IMG/VR virus record: IMGVR_UViG_3300028888_000055
Reading direction: 5' to 3' (one strand)
Origin: a virus
Lineage: Duplodnaviria; Caudoviricetes
Length of the DNA stretch: 64,000 nucleotides
Part shown: positions 29,301 through 41,100 of the stretch, in pieces
Position numbering within the stretch: the first letter of the stretch is position 1
Layout of the letters: each line of letters begins with the position of its first letter
Program-made: the position numbers and the translations under genes
Notes under the pieces: model-generated
What the model was told of the DNA's origin: nothing
Database searches by the model: none
What the model saw: only the letters and a program-made list of their open reading frames with translations

Positions 29301-32300
29301 TAATGGCTTTCCAAAACTTGCACGAATAGCATATAGTGCATATGGGAGGAGAAACATTTAATGTCATTCCAGAAACAGTCGAAGTTAAACCTGCTGAGTT
29401 AGTTGTATCTAAAATATATGCAACTAAATTTGGAATAAAAAAGGGCGATAACTTAAATACTATTGATCTTTAGTATTTCATCGACCAACAAAAAGAAAAC
29501 TTCGTACCTAAAACGGAATTATATGATATAATGCTCCGCAGAGATAATGGAAGACATACTTATGTCCTATTGAGTAAACATAAAGACGAGTTATTAAATA
29601 AGCATTTTGTAAAAGTAAATCCACCTACTCGCGTAGACTCTATTACTGGCGATGTAATAAGGTTAAACGAATTAGAAGAGGATATGATGCCATTTAATAA
29701 CTGTGAATTATATGTTAAAGACGGAATAGAAGTAATTGTAACAGATGATCCTGCTGATTTAGTAGACGATGCTTTTGAGTATTCTTCATATGATATAAAC
29801 CCATCTAGTAAATTTGGATTAGAGGACTTAAAAATATTCGATACAATTCCTCTGAAGAGAATAGCACTAGAGCAGAGAGAAAATTATATTAATAATTTAG
29901 CTCAGAAAAAGTGGACTTCTTTTTAGCAGTCATTAGAATTTATAGCTGCTCGTATTCCTGCTCAGGCCTTGCAATCTTTTATGCCTATGAAGGTAGTAGG
30001 ATTCACTGATTCTGAAGAAAACAAAGCTTATGTTTCCCATTTTTAGACTTATCTCCAAGGTTCTGACTACGATATTGATAAAGTATATTTAATGGGTAAC
30101 GAGTTTACAGAATCTGGAATCTATATTGGCTGGAGTCCATTCTTTAACTTAAATAGTTTACAGAAGTTAAAGATTTCCCAGGAAATTCCTATGCCAAATG
30201 GTTTAGAATACTCGCTGGTTTCTAAGCAAGATGCTGCTGAAAATGTCTAGGATATAACAGAAGATATAATTAATCTTAAATTAGCAGAACTTAATTACGG
30301 ATAGGATAGTATTTAGTATTTAACTACAATTAAGAACCTTCTTGTTAAGATTTAGTAGAATAAAAATTCAGAATTAGCAGTAGATTATGCTTCATTAGCA
30401 GACACTTTCATAAAAGAAGGTATTGCTCATGATCCTACAGCGTCTTTACAGTTTGTTTAGGATGAATCTGAGAGAATACTTGATATGATTAATAGGCATT
30501 CTTCCTATTTTAAAACAGTTAAGAATAAGGATATGCGCTTAAAAATGACTAAGAATTCTGTCACATCCAAGATGTATAAAACTGCTAATCTTCCAGAAAA
30601 TACTTATGCTGCTTATAGTCCTATTGAGATGGGAGAAACTAGAGAAGCTGCCACTAAGTCTTAGATGGGTGAAGCTGAGAAAGATTACACTACCTTTAAT
30701 CCAGTGTCTAAGTTTATGATGCATTATCAAAACATGATGGGTAAAGATGGTATTGGTATATCGGCGGTAGGAGAAAAAGTATTATTCTGTTTGTAGTTCT
30801 ACTTTAACGAAGCTGCAAGACTAGATTCAAATTTAGACGATCTTAATTCTGACGAATTTAAATACTAGAGAAATGCATTCTTCCATAAGTAGCTGGATAT
30901 AATAGCTTCTGGTACGGATAGAATGACTGTAATTCGCAACCTTATTGCAAATATTAATTTGAGAAATAATGATCATATATGGGCTCAAATTATTAATTCT
31001 AATGTAGCTGAATTAGAGAGTTTAATGCAAACAAGCCAGGATAAAGAAAGGATTGCATTTTTACAAGATATGATATTGCTTCAATTAAATTATATGAAAG
31101 ACAGTTCTCTTGTAAATAGTTCTCTTCTTTCTGCGGCAACTGATAATGCTAAAGAGCTTATCCTTGCAAAAATTAATGCTAACCCTGATATGATGAAAGT
31201 TTATACCTATGGTATAATATTAGGAATTGACTTTACAGATATAGCAAACTTGATGACATCTCCTACTATAAATGCTGTTAATTAGTTAAGTGATGTTAAT
31301 ATATTTGAGAAGGATAGCTTAGTATCTGCCATTACATCTTCTTTAAATTCTCTTAAGAAGGGTATAAATCCAGGGGAATACCTTAATACTACTGATATAG
31401 AAATAATCGAAGACTTACTTTTTAAAGTACCAAACGGAGACTCTAGAAGACTAGATTTACAGGAGCTTATTCGTAAATCCAAAACATCTAGTGTAGAAGG
31501 ACATACTACATTTAAGCAAGATTTAGATAGCGTAAATAAGGGAGAAGTTAGTTGGGAGCAATTTGCAGCAAATTGGTCAGTTAAAATCTATAGCATCATT
31601 AAGCTAATGGACGGCTTAAGTGGTTCTAACCCTTCTCCAAGTATTCAATAGCTTTACAGATATTTATTTAAGATGCAAGAATGGTTAGATATCGTAAAGG
31701 ATATTGACTAGAGAACCCTTCTCACCTTTAAGGATATGTTAGATTCAGCAGAAGAATTTGTTACTTTTGGTGCTATTTTGGGTATTAATTAGGGCATTAG
31801 AACTGATGTTGATGGTAAACTAGCATATTTAAATAGAATAGAGAATGTATTTAAAAATAGATTCGATAAAGGAGCTTCTACAAATGTAAGTGATATTCTA
31901 GCTGCTAAACCTTATTATGTAAAATTCTATGGCGGAGAGCAAGAGGCTAGAAATTACATAGAAGCTACTGTTAAGAAGGCGGATTCTTTAGGAATCTATA
32001 ATGATTTTAATGTACTGCAATTTCTATTAGATGATGAGTATAGAGCAATCGCCATTGATGCTTATGACTTAATAAAAGGTACTATTAATATTCTTGATAT
32101 AATATCGAGAGTACCACATTTCCAGGCAATGATAGACTCTAGTAGCGTTGACTTTTACCTATTCAGTAGTATTAGTTCTGTATTTAATTTAATGTACAAT
32201 ATTTCACATGATCTATTATAGAGAGGTGAATTAAGTTCATTATCTGTTAAACAAAGAACTGACTTTACTAGAGACCTTTAGAACTTCATACAATCTCAAA

Positions 32301-33319
32301 TTGCTTTAAAATACTTCAAAGATAGAAATGTCAAAATTCCAATTGGTGAAGGAAATTAGGTAATTAATAAAGACGGTGCATTGGTAACTATTGAGCAGGA
32401 AGAAGCTTTAGATTTAGGAACAGTAGAAGGACAAGCCGCCTTTAAGCTTTGGATGGAACAATCTGTATTACCAAATTTAAGGTTAGGAGTTGTAGAAGAC
32501 GGAAATGATGAGTATATTCAACGTTCATTATTAACTAACAAATTCATACAAGCTCTTACTTTGAATTCTACTACTAGAACAACAACTGGAGACGAAAAAG
32601 GTGTTATATCCTTACCTATTAATATGTCCGTATCGACAAGTGAATATAATGAGAATATGTTCGTATCGTATCTTACTGACTTTAATAAGTTAAAAGGTGT
32701 AACTTATAATGGTATTCCAGTACAATCTTTATTCTTCTGGTATAATTTAATTGTAAATAGAAATGTCCAAAGCCGAGATGCTTTAACTAAAATATTTAAA
32801 TCTGCTATTAGAGATAATAGAGGGGATAATGATATTAATGATTACTTTAAGTATGTTGGCGACATGGATAAAAGACAATTATTCTCTTTAGAAGACTTCA
32901 ATATGCAAGATTTATTATTATCTTGTGCTCCAAAAGTCACTAGAGCATGGCTAGTAAATGAGAAGTATGAGTCTAATTAGTATCCTACATTTGTGAAAAG
33001 CTGGGATTCCGACACTGGCACATATAAAATATATAAACTAGATCCTACTACTTTCGCGAAGCGAGGCGGGGATGAAATGGATGAACTAGCTTATGCTCAG
33101 ATGGAGGACGCAGGAGAATTAGACTATGAAACCAACGAATTTACTCCTGTAGGATATAGAGAATATACTATAAGTCCAAGTATGAGTAAAGCAGAAATGG
33201 CTAATTTATATCCATTCTTGCCTTATAATTCTCGAGAATTCAAGACAAAGGATGTAATAAATCAATTAAGTAGATTATTTAAACAAGGTAAAATTTTTAT
33301 TTATAACGATTGTGGCTAA
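23381..33319 (+). CDS. Virion-packaged two-barrel DNA-dependent RNA polymerase, crAss-like (3312 aa, TAG=Gln)
   Basis: Frame 2 joins ORFs 23381 through 32993 and ends at TAA 33317-33319. Catalytic region RIPAQALQSFM...LQGSDYDIDK (DYDID at 30065-30079) is absent from the ORF track because of flanking TAGs. Also PTDYSDK, DAHDG and GKDGIGISA. Confidence 0.93.
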
Positions 33320-36206
33320 TAATTGTATTCCAAAAATAATAATAGGTGGCTAGGAATTTGTTGGTTCCTAGCTGCCTGCCCATTCGTCTCTTACACAAAT
33401 ATTGTAGAGCGTATTGGCTAATGGTAATAATGCTTCAGAATTAAATCAAATATTATCTGATATTTCTAGTCTTGATTAGGTGTAGATAACTTCATTTGAT
33501 CAAGTTGCTTAGATAATACCAGGTAATGCTACGTTTATGGATATATCTAAAAAGATACATTCTGAAGGACGTATATATTCTCCAGTAAATAAGTCTATAG
33601 AAGAAGCTATAAGTATTATAACTAAATATGGTAACTACCCAAAAATATTATGGTTAAATGGTGATATAAAGTTAAATGGGGCTTCTATTCCTAATGTCAT
33701 TATTACACCAAATGGAGAAGATATTATAGTTCTTAAATCGAATGATCCTTTTGAGATAAATATAGCATTATAGGAATACATTTATAAAACATTACTATCT
33801 ACAAGAGCAAGAAGTTTCTTGAGTCTTATAGAGACCGCTATGGGTAAGAAAATTACTCAAAAAAATAAAGACTAGATTGATTTAGTATTTAAAAGAAATC
33901 CTGCTATAGCTGCTATAGGAACTAAAGAAGAATATAGACAGTATTTATTATCTATATTCCCAGAATCTGTAGAAACTTCAATCTATTGGCATGGTTCAAA
34001 TTCTGATTTCTCAGAAGGATTTTAGAGTGCACAAAAAACTGAAGGTAGCGGCGCACCTGAAGTATAGGATAGAAATGATATGTATTTTAATAAATAGGCA
34101 TATGCTTCTATTCAATATGTAAATGGTCAAAACAGAACTGCACCAGCAGACGTTAATGGTTTTGCTCATTGGAATAAATTATATTGGGAATTAAAAGAAA
34201 TCCTTTCTAATGGTGTATCTGGAGAAAACTGGAGAAATCAAGTAATTGATACAAGTACTATTAGAAAAGAAATTCCTAATAAAAGAGGTGAATTTGATCC
34301 TAAAAGAAAAAAAGGTAAGACTCTAGACTAGAGAAAACGAGACTATGGCTATGGGGAAGGAGATGAAGAGACTGAAGCTTTCTTCAGAGAAGTTTTTGGT
34401 ATTGAAATAAATGACCCAAATAAAAAAATAACTTTTAATGAATGGGTTGCTAAAAATAAAAAAATCTTCAAAGATATGGAGGGAGAGGCCCCTGGGCTCT
34501 ATCCAGTAATTCTCAATATCAAGAAACCTATTAAAGAAGAAGGTTAGGATACCTATTATGAAGGTCACCGTAGACTATTTACTAAAGCAGCTAAAAAAGG
34601 TAATGATGCTATTATAGGAACTCATACAAAAAATGAATTTGGGTCTGATGTAGTGGTAATGCTCAATCTTGAAGACAATCCAGAAGAGAGAGTACATTTT
34701 TTAGGAACTACAGCAGATTTAGAAGCATTTGCAGCTTGGAAACGACAAAATCAACTTTCAACTGATAATATAATTGAAAAAATACTACGAGATCCATTTA
34801 TAAATGAATTTCTCGATTCTGAAGGTTCTGCTGTTACTGATGGCTTTGCTACTCTTAGAGATGAACTACAAAGTGTAGTACATCAAGCAATTAACGACGA
34901 GATTAGTACAGAACACTACTTTAGATTAGAGAAAGTAATTAGTGGAGGGTAGACTGGAGTAGATACTGCAGGTGTTACTATAGCAAATGAATTAGGATTC
35001 GCTACTGGAGGAACTGTACCCGTAAATGGTTTAAGAGAAAGATTAAACGGTCAGCCTAATAACATATCTAAAGAAGATATGGTTAAATTCGGATTTGAAG
35101 AAATACAAGAAGTCACTGCTTCAAATCCTTATACTGACAGAACGAGAGCCAATGTGGAAAATTCAGATGGTACTGTTTATATCTTAGCCAGTAAATATCT
35201 TGCTAGTGGAGAAGAATCCGCTGGTTATAAAGCTACTTCAAAAGCTGCTATGGAACTTGGAAAACCCTTTGCAGTTGTGCATAGTGCGTAGGAATTAAGA
35301 GAATTTGTTATAAATAATAACATTAGAGTATTAAATATTGCAGGTTCTAGAGAAAGTTCATATTCTCCTGGGGATGCAGAAAGAATAAACGGCATTATTA
35401 AAGAAGGCCTTACTGCACAACCTTGGATAACAAAAAGTAGAGTCGAATCTTCTTTAGTTACTTCAAAATACCCAAGTGCAAACTACAACACTGATAATAT
35501 GAGTGTTTCTGATGTGCAAGATGCTCTTAATAATCGCTCTGCTAATATGATTTCTTACTATGGAAAAAATAAAGCTAATCCATCTATTCCAGGCAATACT
35601 TTTGAGGCAATTTTAACTCGTCAAAGGACTGCCACTACTAGGTTTAAAAACTTATATTTTTGGACACAAAAAATAAAGGTTGGCGATATTGTGGCTTTTA
35701 AGAAAAGCAAAGATAAAGATTCTAGTGTAGTTTTTGTAAAAATAAAAAGTGTTAATCCTATAGACGAGGATGCTAATCCTTCTGAATGGTCGAGCAAGGA
35801 AGGATGGTCATAGGCTTATTTTAAGGATGTAGTCATTCCAAAAATTAGAGCAGCAAAAAAGGAGGGCCTGCAACCAGTGTAGATAGAATATGAATATGTA
35901 GGAGCTATTATTAATGATGACTTAAAGAATGTTTAGGGGACGAGTGAAACTACTTTTACAATATAGACTCCTATAGGGCCTCTTGAATTTAGAAACCAAA
36001 AGGATTTAGCAAATAAGTTAATAACTATTAGAAAACAAATAGTTGGAACATAGAATTAGGAAGCCGAAGAAAAACTATAGAATGATATGAATATGTATGC
36101 CCAAGCTATAGTTACAGGTATTCTTCCTAGTGGAAGGGATATAAATAATGATCCTGTCGAGATGTAGACTTTTATAAATACTGTTATCAATGACGGAAAC
36201 TGTTAA
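33312..36206 (+). CDS. Polyvalent protein: ART-PolyVal-like ADP-ribosyltransferase + SLOG (cpYpsA/MoCo-carrier-like) + ASCH domains (964 aa, TAG=Gln)
   Basis: GTG start overlaps the RNAP stop; frame 3 runs to TAA 36204-36206. ART-like: IGTKEEYRQYL.SIFPES...YWHGS...LYPVILNIKKP...GNDAII...VHFLGT. SLOG: KVISGGQTGVD...RTRANVENSDGT...VLNIAGSRES. ASCH: FEAIL...RTATTR...KVGDIV.F...KEGW. Confidence 0.8.
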
Positions 36207-36211
36207 TAAAT

Positions 36212-38149
36212 ATGGCTTAGTGTATAAATAAATTAGAAGTAGAATATCAACAATTATTAGAAATGACAGGGCTAACGCCTGCAGAATTGGACTTATACAT
36301 AGGAGAATACTATCAAAAGAATGGGAAGTGCCCCACTGTAGATAGATTCCTACGTACAACTAATACTACAGCGGCTTTTGTCAAGGAATATAATTTAAAG
36401 AAATGTGGCAAAGGATGGATAGCATAGGACGACAGACCTATTGATATTCCATTGATTAACTCTAAATACCGAGATATTGAAGTGTCCGCAATAACCTCTA
36501 ATATTAGCCCTACTGTTTACATGGCCAAAGTAAGAGCTATTTAGAATAGAGATTTGGACACACCTACAACTTATTTATTACCAACCACCATTGAACAAGT
36601 AAAAGAGCTAGAACCCGAGGTGCAGCTCGAGGATGGTTCCTACCTTTATAGGCAAGGTAACAGAATTTATAGAACAAATTGTAAAGTTACTAGTCCTCTT
36701 TTACTTACATATTATCCAGACTTTGCCACTTATTCGGAAGCTCTTGCAGCTCCAACAGAAAAACCCAGTTACGATAAAAGTGTAATTGACATCATTAGAT
36801 TAAATAGAGGTAAGTTATTTAATGACCAGTATGTAAAAGTAAATACTTCATTAAATTTACCAGGAGAAATTAAGTTCTACAAGAACTTTAATTATCCAGT
36901 ATTTGAATTCAATGATGTTGTTGGAGACCGCGACTATTATATAAATTCTTTAGGAGTTTTATTAATAAATCCTGATGCTGTAAATAGTGATTTAGATTTA
37001 GAAAGAATTATTTTATAGGCAGAAGGCTTTGATGACTCTCAGATCGAAACTATTTTATCTGGATTATCTAATTATGAAACTTATGAAGCTATTAGACAAA
37101 CAGATAATAGTTACTTATTACATAAGGTTAATAATGGAGTAGATATTAATAGTGTAGCTAATACTATTTCTCCAAAAACCCAAAATAATGGAGAAAATCA
37201 TCTAGGACAAATTCTTGATAGGCTAGAAGAGTTATATGGAATAGGGTTCATAAGAACTAGTACAGCAGAATTGCAGTCTAACAATTTTACTGCTATTATA
37301 CCTGATGCTACTAGAGTAAACGCGTTTATATATTAGGGACAAATTTATATAAACATGGATAATGCTACATCTGATTCACCTATCCATGAGTTAGCTCATA
37401 TATTATTAGGAGCTCTCAGAAGTACTAATCCTAATATATATTATGCCTTAGTACAATCAGTTGAACAACTTCCAGATTATCAACAAAGACTTCAATAGTT
37501 CCCTAACCGAACTAGACAAGATGTCAATGAAGAAATCTTCGTAGACTTGTTTGCAAAACATTATACTGATGGTTTAAATCTTGAAATTGATTAGAACACT
37601 ATGGATGATATGGAATATGAAATTGAGCATAATATAGACTCAGGCATATTCCCAAATAAAAGTACTACTACAATAAATTTAGCAGAACTTATGAATAAAT
37701 CCTTGAATGAAATAATGGATGTATTTGGAACTGCTATTAACAGGGATACTTTAATAAAAGCTTATAATAGCGATACTGCATATTGCCGTACAATATCTAA
37801 TATAAAAGAAGAGCTTTTAAAGAGAAAAGAACTGGAAGAATATTGCTCTGATGGAGGACATCATGCTCAAAGAATGATTAACGCTTACCATAGAGGTCAG
37901 AACTCTAATCCTGCTAAATTTTTAAAAGGTCGTATGGCAGATAATGCGAAGGATTTAGATACATTCATAGAGAATGTTAAAAGATCTTTCCATGAAACAG
38001 AAAGGGGGACCTTTGATGTTAATGGAAGATTTTATAAAAATCCAGATTCCTCTTACGCACAAAATGCTAGAGGGGCAAAAGATATAAAGGAGCTCTGGAA
38101 TGAATACAGATCTTATGTAATGTAGAACTATCCAAACACAAATATATAA
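36212..38149 (+). CDS. Zincin-like metallopeptidase-domain virion protein (645 aa, TAG=Gln)
   Basis: ATG GCT TAG TGT start; frame 2 runs to TAA 38147-38149. AFIYQGQIYIN...PIHELAH (HExxH at 37385-37399) with a downstream NEE third ligand. Confidence 0.85.
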
Positions 38150-38155
38150 TAAATT

Positions 38156-41100
38156 ATGAGTACATGTGTATATAAACTTGGAGGAAGAGTATTTGGTTCA
38201 GAATTGGACTTGGATAACTTCTTATATAATTATCTTGATTCTTTTGATGCGGATGCTATACCTGATCTTGTATTTAGTACACGATCTCCAAAAGCTAACG
38301 TACTTTCAAAAAAATTAGACGATAAAGCAGAGGAGTTAAAGGCTAACGTAGTTAAAGCTGCGAAATTAAGAGCTAGAAGAGACGAATTCGTTAGTGAAGC
38401 AGAAAGCGCATTAATAGCAAATTATTATGGTGCTAATATGGTATTATCTACTGTAGAAATTGCTCCAAATACAAGAATAACTCCAGAATTCATTCGCTCC
38501 AAATTAAAGGCTAACTTATTTAATTAGTGGACTGGACAACCCTCTGCCAACTCAACAGGTATTAGCAAAAATATTGCTGATATTTTAGCAGCAGCGGGTT
38601 ATACAGAAAACGGAAGACAATTAAAAGCTGGAGATATTATTACAGAATAGACATATGCTGGCAATTCTACTAACATAGAGGATATCTTTCCTAAATGTAA
38701 TGATATATTTGAAAATTATGTGTGGCCATATTGGTCAGGTTTAGGAAAAGTAGGTACTGCTATGCACCGTGTGGCAGAAATGTTCTGGTTAGGAGAAAGT
38801 ACTATTTCTATATTAAATGATTCAGTTGTTATAACTGGAGATGATAGTTTTACTGGTGATTTATCCAGAGTTTCTCCTGTTCTTTCTAATGATGCTATAC
38901 ATGAGTTTCTTACATATTTAAATAGTTTAAAAACTGTTTTACAGGCTAGACATGGAAAAAACTGTAAGTTTAGACCTGAGTATCCAGTAGTTGCTAAAAG
39001 CTCTCTCCCAGTAAAAGGAAATCACAAGGCTCATATTATAGGTATTATTGACTTGGTAGTAGAAGACGAATAGGGAATACCTCATATCTATGACTATAAG
39101 ACATCTGATAAGGATATGGACGAGTGGGGCGCAATTAAGAGAAGATCTTATATGGCCCAGTTAGCTTTATATAGACGAATTCTTGAATCATATGGCATAG
39201 ATGTAGAAGGTACTACCCTAGGAATTTTACCTATAAATTTATCATAGTATAATATAACGAGAGATGGGTCACCAAGAGTTAACGGTATAGAATGTCCTAA
39301 AGATGCGAGAGGTCTTCCTTATATTGAAGATCTTTCTAGAGAATAGGCTCTACAACCTTTAGGAGAATTAACTGCAAAAATTAATAAGTTAGTATATGCT
39401 GAAAATCAGCTCGAAGCTTTACCTACAAACTTTATTCGAAATATTGAAACTCATTTCAAAGAATTCTTTCCAAGTTATACCTTTTAGAAAGAATACGATG
39501 ATGCTGTAAAAGCAGGTATAGAAGAAGAAATAAAAGAAAATTTGAATAATGGTAAGTATATGTTCCCAAAGATTCCAGGTGAAAAAGAGCGTATGGAATA
39601 TGATAAGGAAGAAATCTCTTAGCATATGGAAGAATTTTATAAAAAATATGTTACTTAGAATGACATAGCACAAAAGCGTAACATATTTTATATAAAACAG
39701 GCTATTAGGGAACAAGACCCTGCTCGACTTCCAGCAGTATCTTCTATTAACTATGGAGATAAGGGTGAATGGTTTATTCCAATGTTCTCTAGATACTGTA
39801 ATGGTTCATGGGAACCTGTAAATAATAGTGCTCTCGAGAGCTTAAATATATTAGCTTTAAGAAATAAAATTTCTGGGCAAGTTAACTTCTTTATTTTAAG
39901 CGGATATGACTTGAGTCGTAAGGTTAAAATGAAAGAGGGTAATACAGTTCTAGGATAGCACGTTAATGATATTACACCACAACATGCTGGCGTTATCCCA
40001 CTAGAAGCTGATTTAGGAAATATTGAGTTAATGAAAGCTATGGTAGCTATTAATTTGGCATCTAGATCGGTTCTTCGTAAAGGTGATAAGCTCGGCGAAG
40101 TAATGGCGATAAATATTTGGAATTAGCAAGGTAGAACTACCTCAAATAAGCAATTAATGGATAACTTTAATGCTTTATGTGATTACTCTCAAACAACTAT
40201 GCCTAATAATTTCGCAAGTGGTAAAATAGAAGTAGCTTCTGCAACTCAAAAGGTTGCTACTACTATGCTTGAATTAGGATCGTTAGAAAAAGTAGGAGTT
40301 TTGAATCGTATATATTCTAAATATGAAAAGAATTTAGTGGCTTTAGATATTGAATATAATACATTAAATAGACTTCGTAGAGAACTAGAGGATGCTTATC
40401 CAGATTTAGCAGAAGGAGAAGTAGACATTAATACTCCACAAGGAGCAATGTATTCTACTATTATGACTGCTATTTCTGAAATGAATAATGCTTATTATAC
40501 TCAGGAATTAAGGGACAGTTCTTTTGTATAGCTCAATGTTAATACCCCTGAAATGATGAAGTCTTCTAATTTAAGAAGGTTAAGAGCATTAACTAACAAT
40601 GCATTCTAGAGATTACGTGATAGAATGAATAGAGAAGCTGCCGAATGGAGAATTCATTATGATAAATTAATAAAAGCTAAAGGTTATAGTAGAGGTGAAA
40701 AGTGGATTACTGATAATGATTCTCGTCTTTACGAAAATATGATTATTCATAATAAAGAATAGGGTATTCTTAAATTCAAGAATCCTTGGGATAGAACAAC
40801 GGATTTAACTGATGAAGAAAGAGAATTCTTGAAGTGGTATTTGGATAAGTAGGATCAACTAAGATTTGAAGAGGATAGTACAGAAGAAAGTCGCTAGTTA
40901 AGAAGAGCAGATTCAAATAGTCAATATTTTGATGTTCCTTTAATGGAATCTAAAGGACAGGAAAAAATATTGAATGGTAGAACTAAAGGTTTAGTTTCAT
41001 GGTTTAAGCGTACTATACAATGGTGGAGACATCCAATTCAGAATGCTAAACGCCTAGAGGCAAAAGTTTTAACAAATGAAAAAGCCGATGAAGCAAAGAA

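Noticed and set aside
471-39715. Short - strand ORFs opposite the late genes (e.g. 471, 3880, 7773, 14730, 22242, 28198, 34323, 39419)
   Set aside because: They are antisense shadows of long + strand genes with no recognisable motifs.
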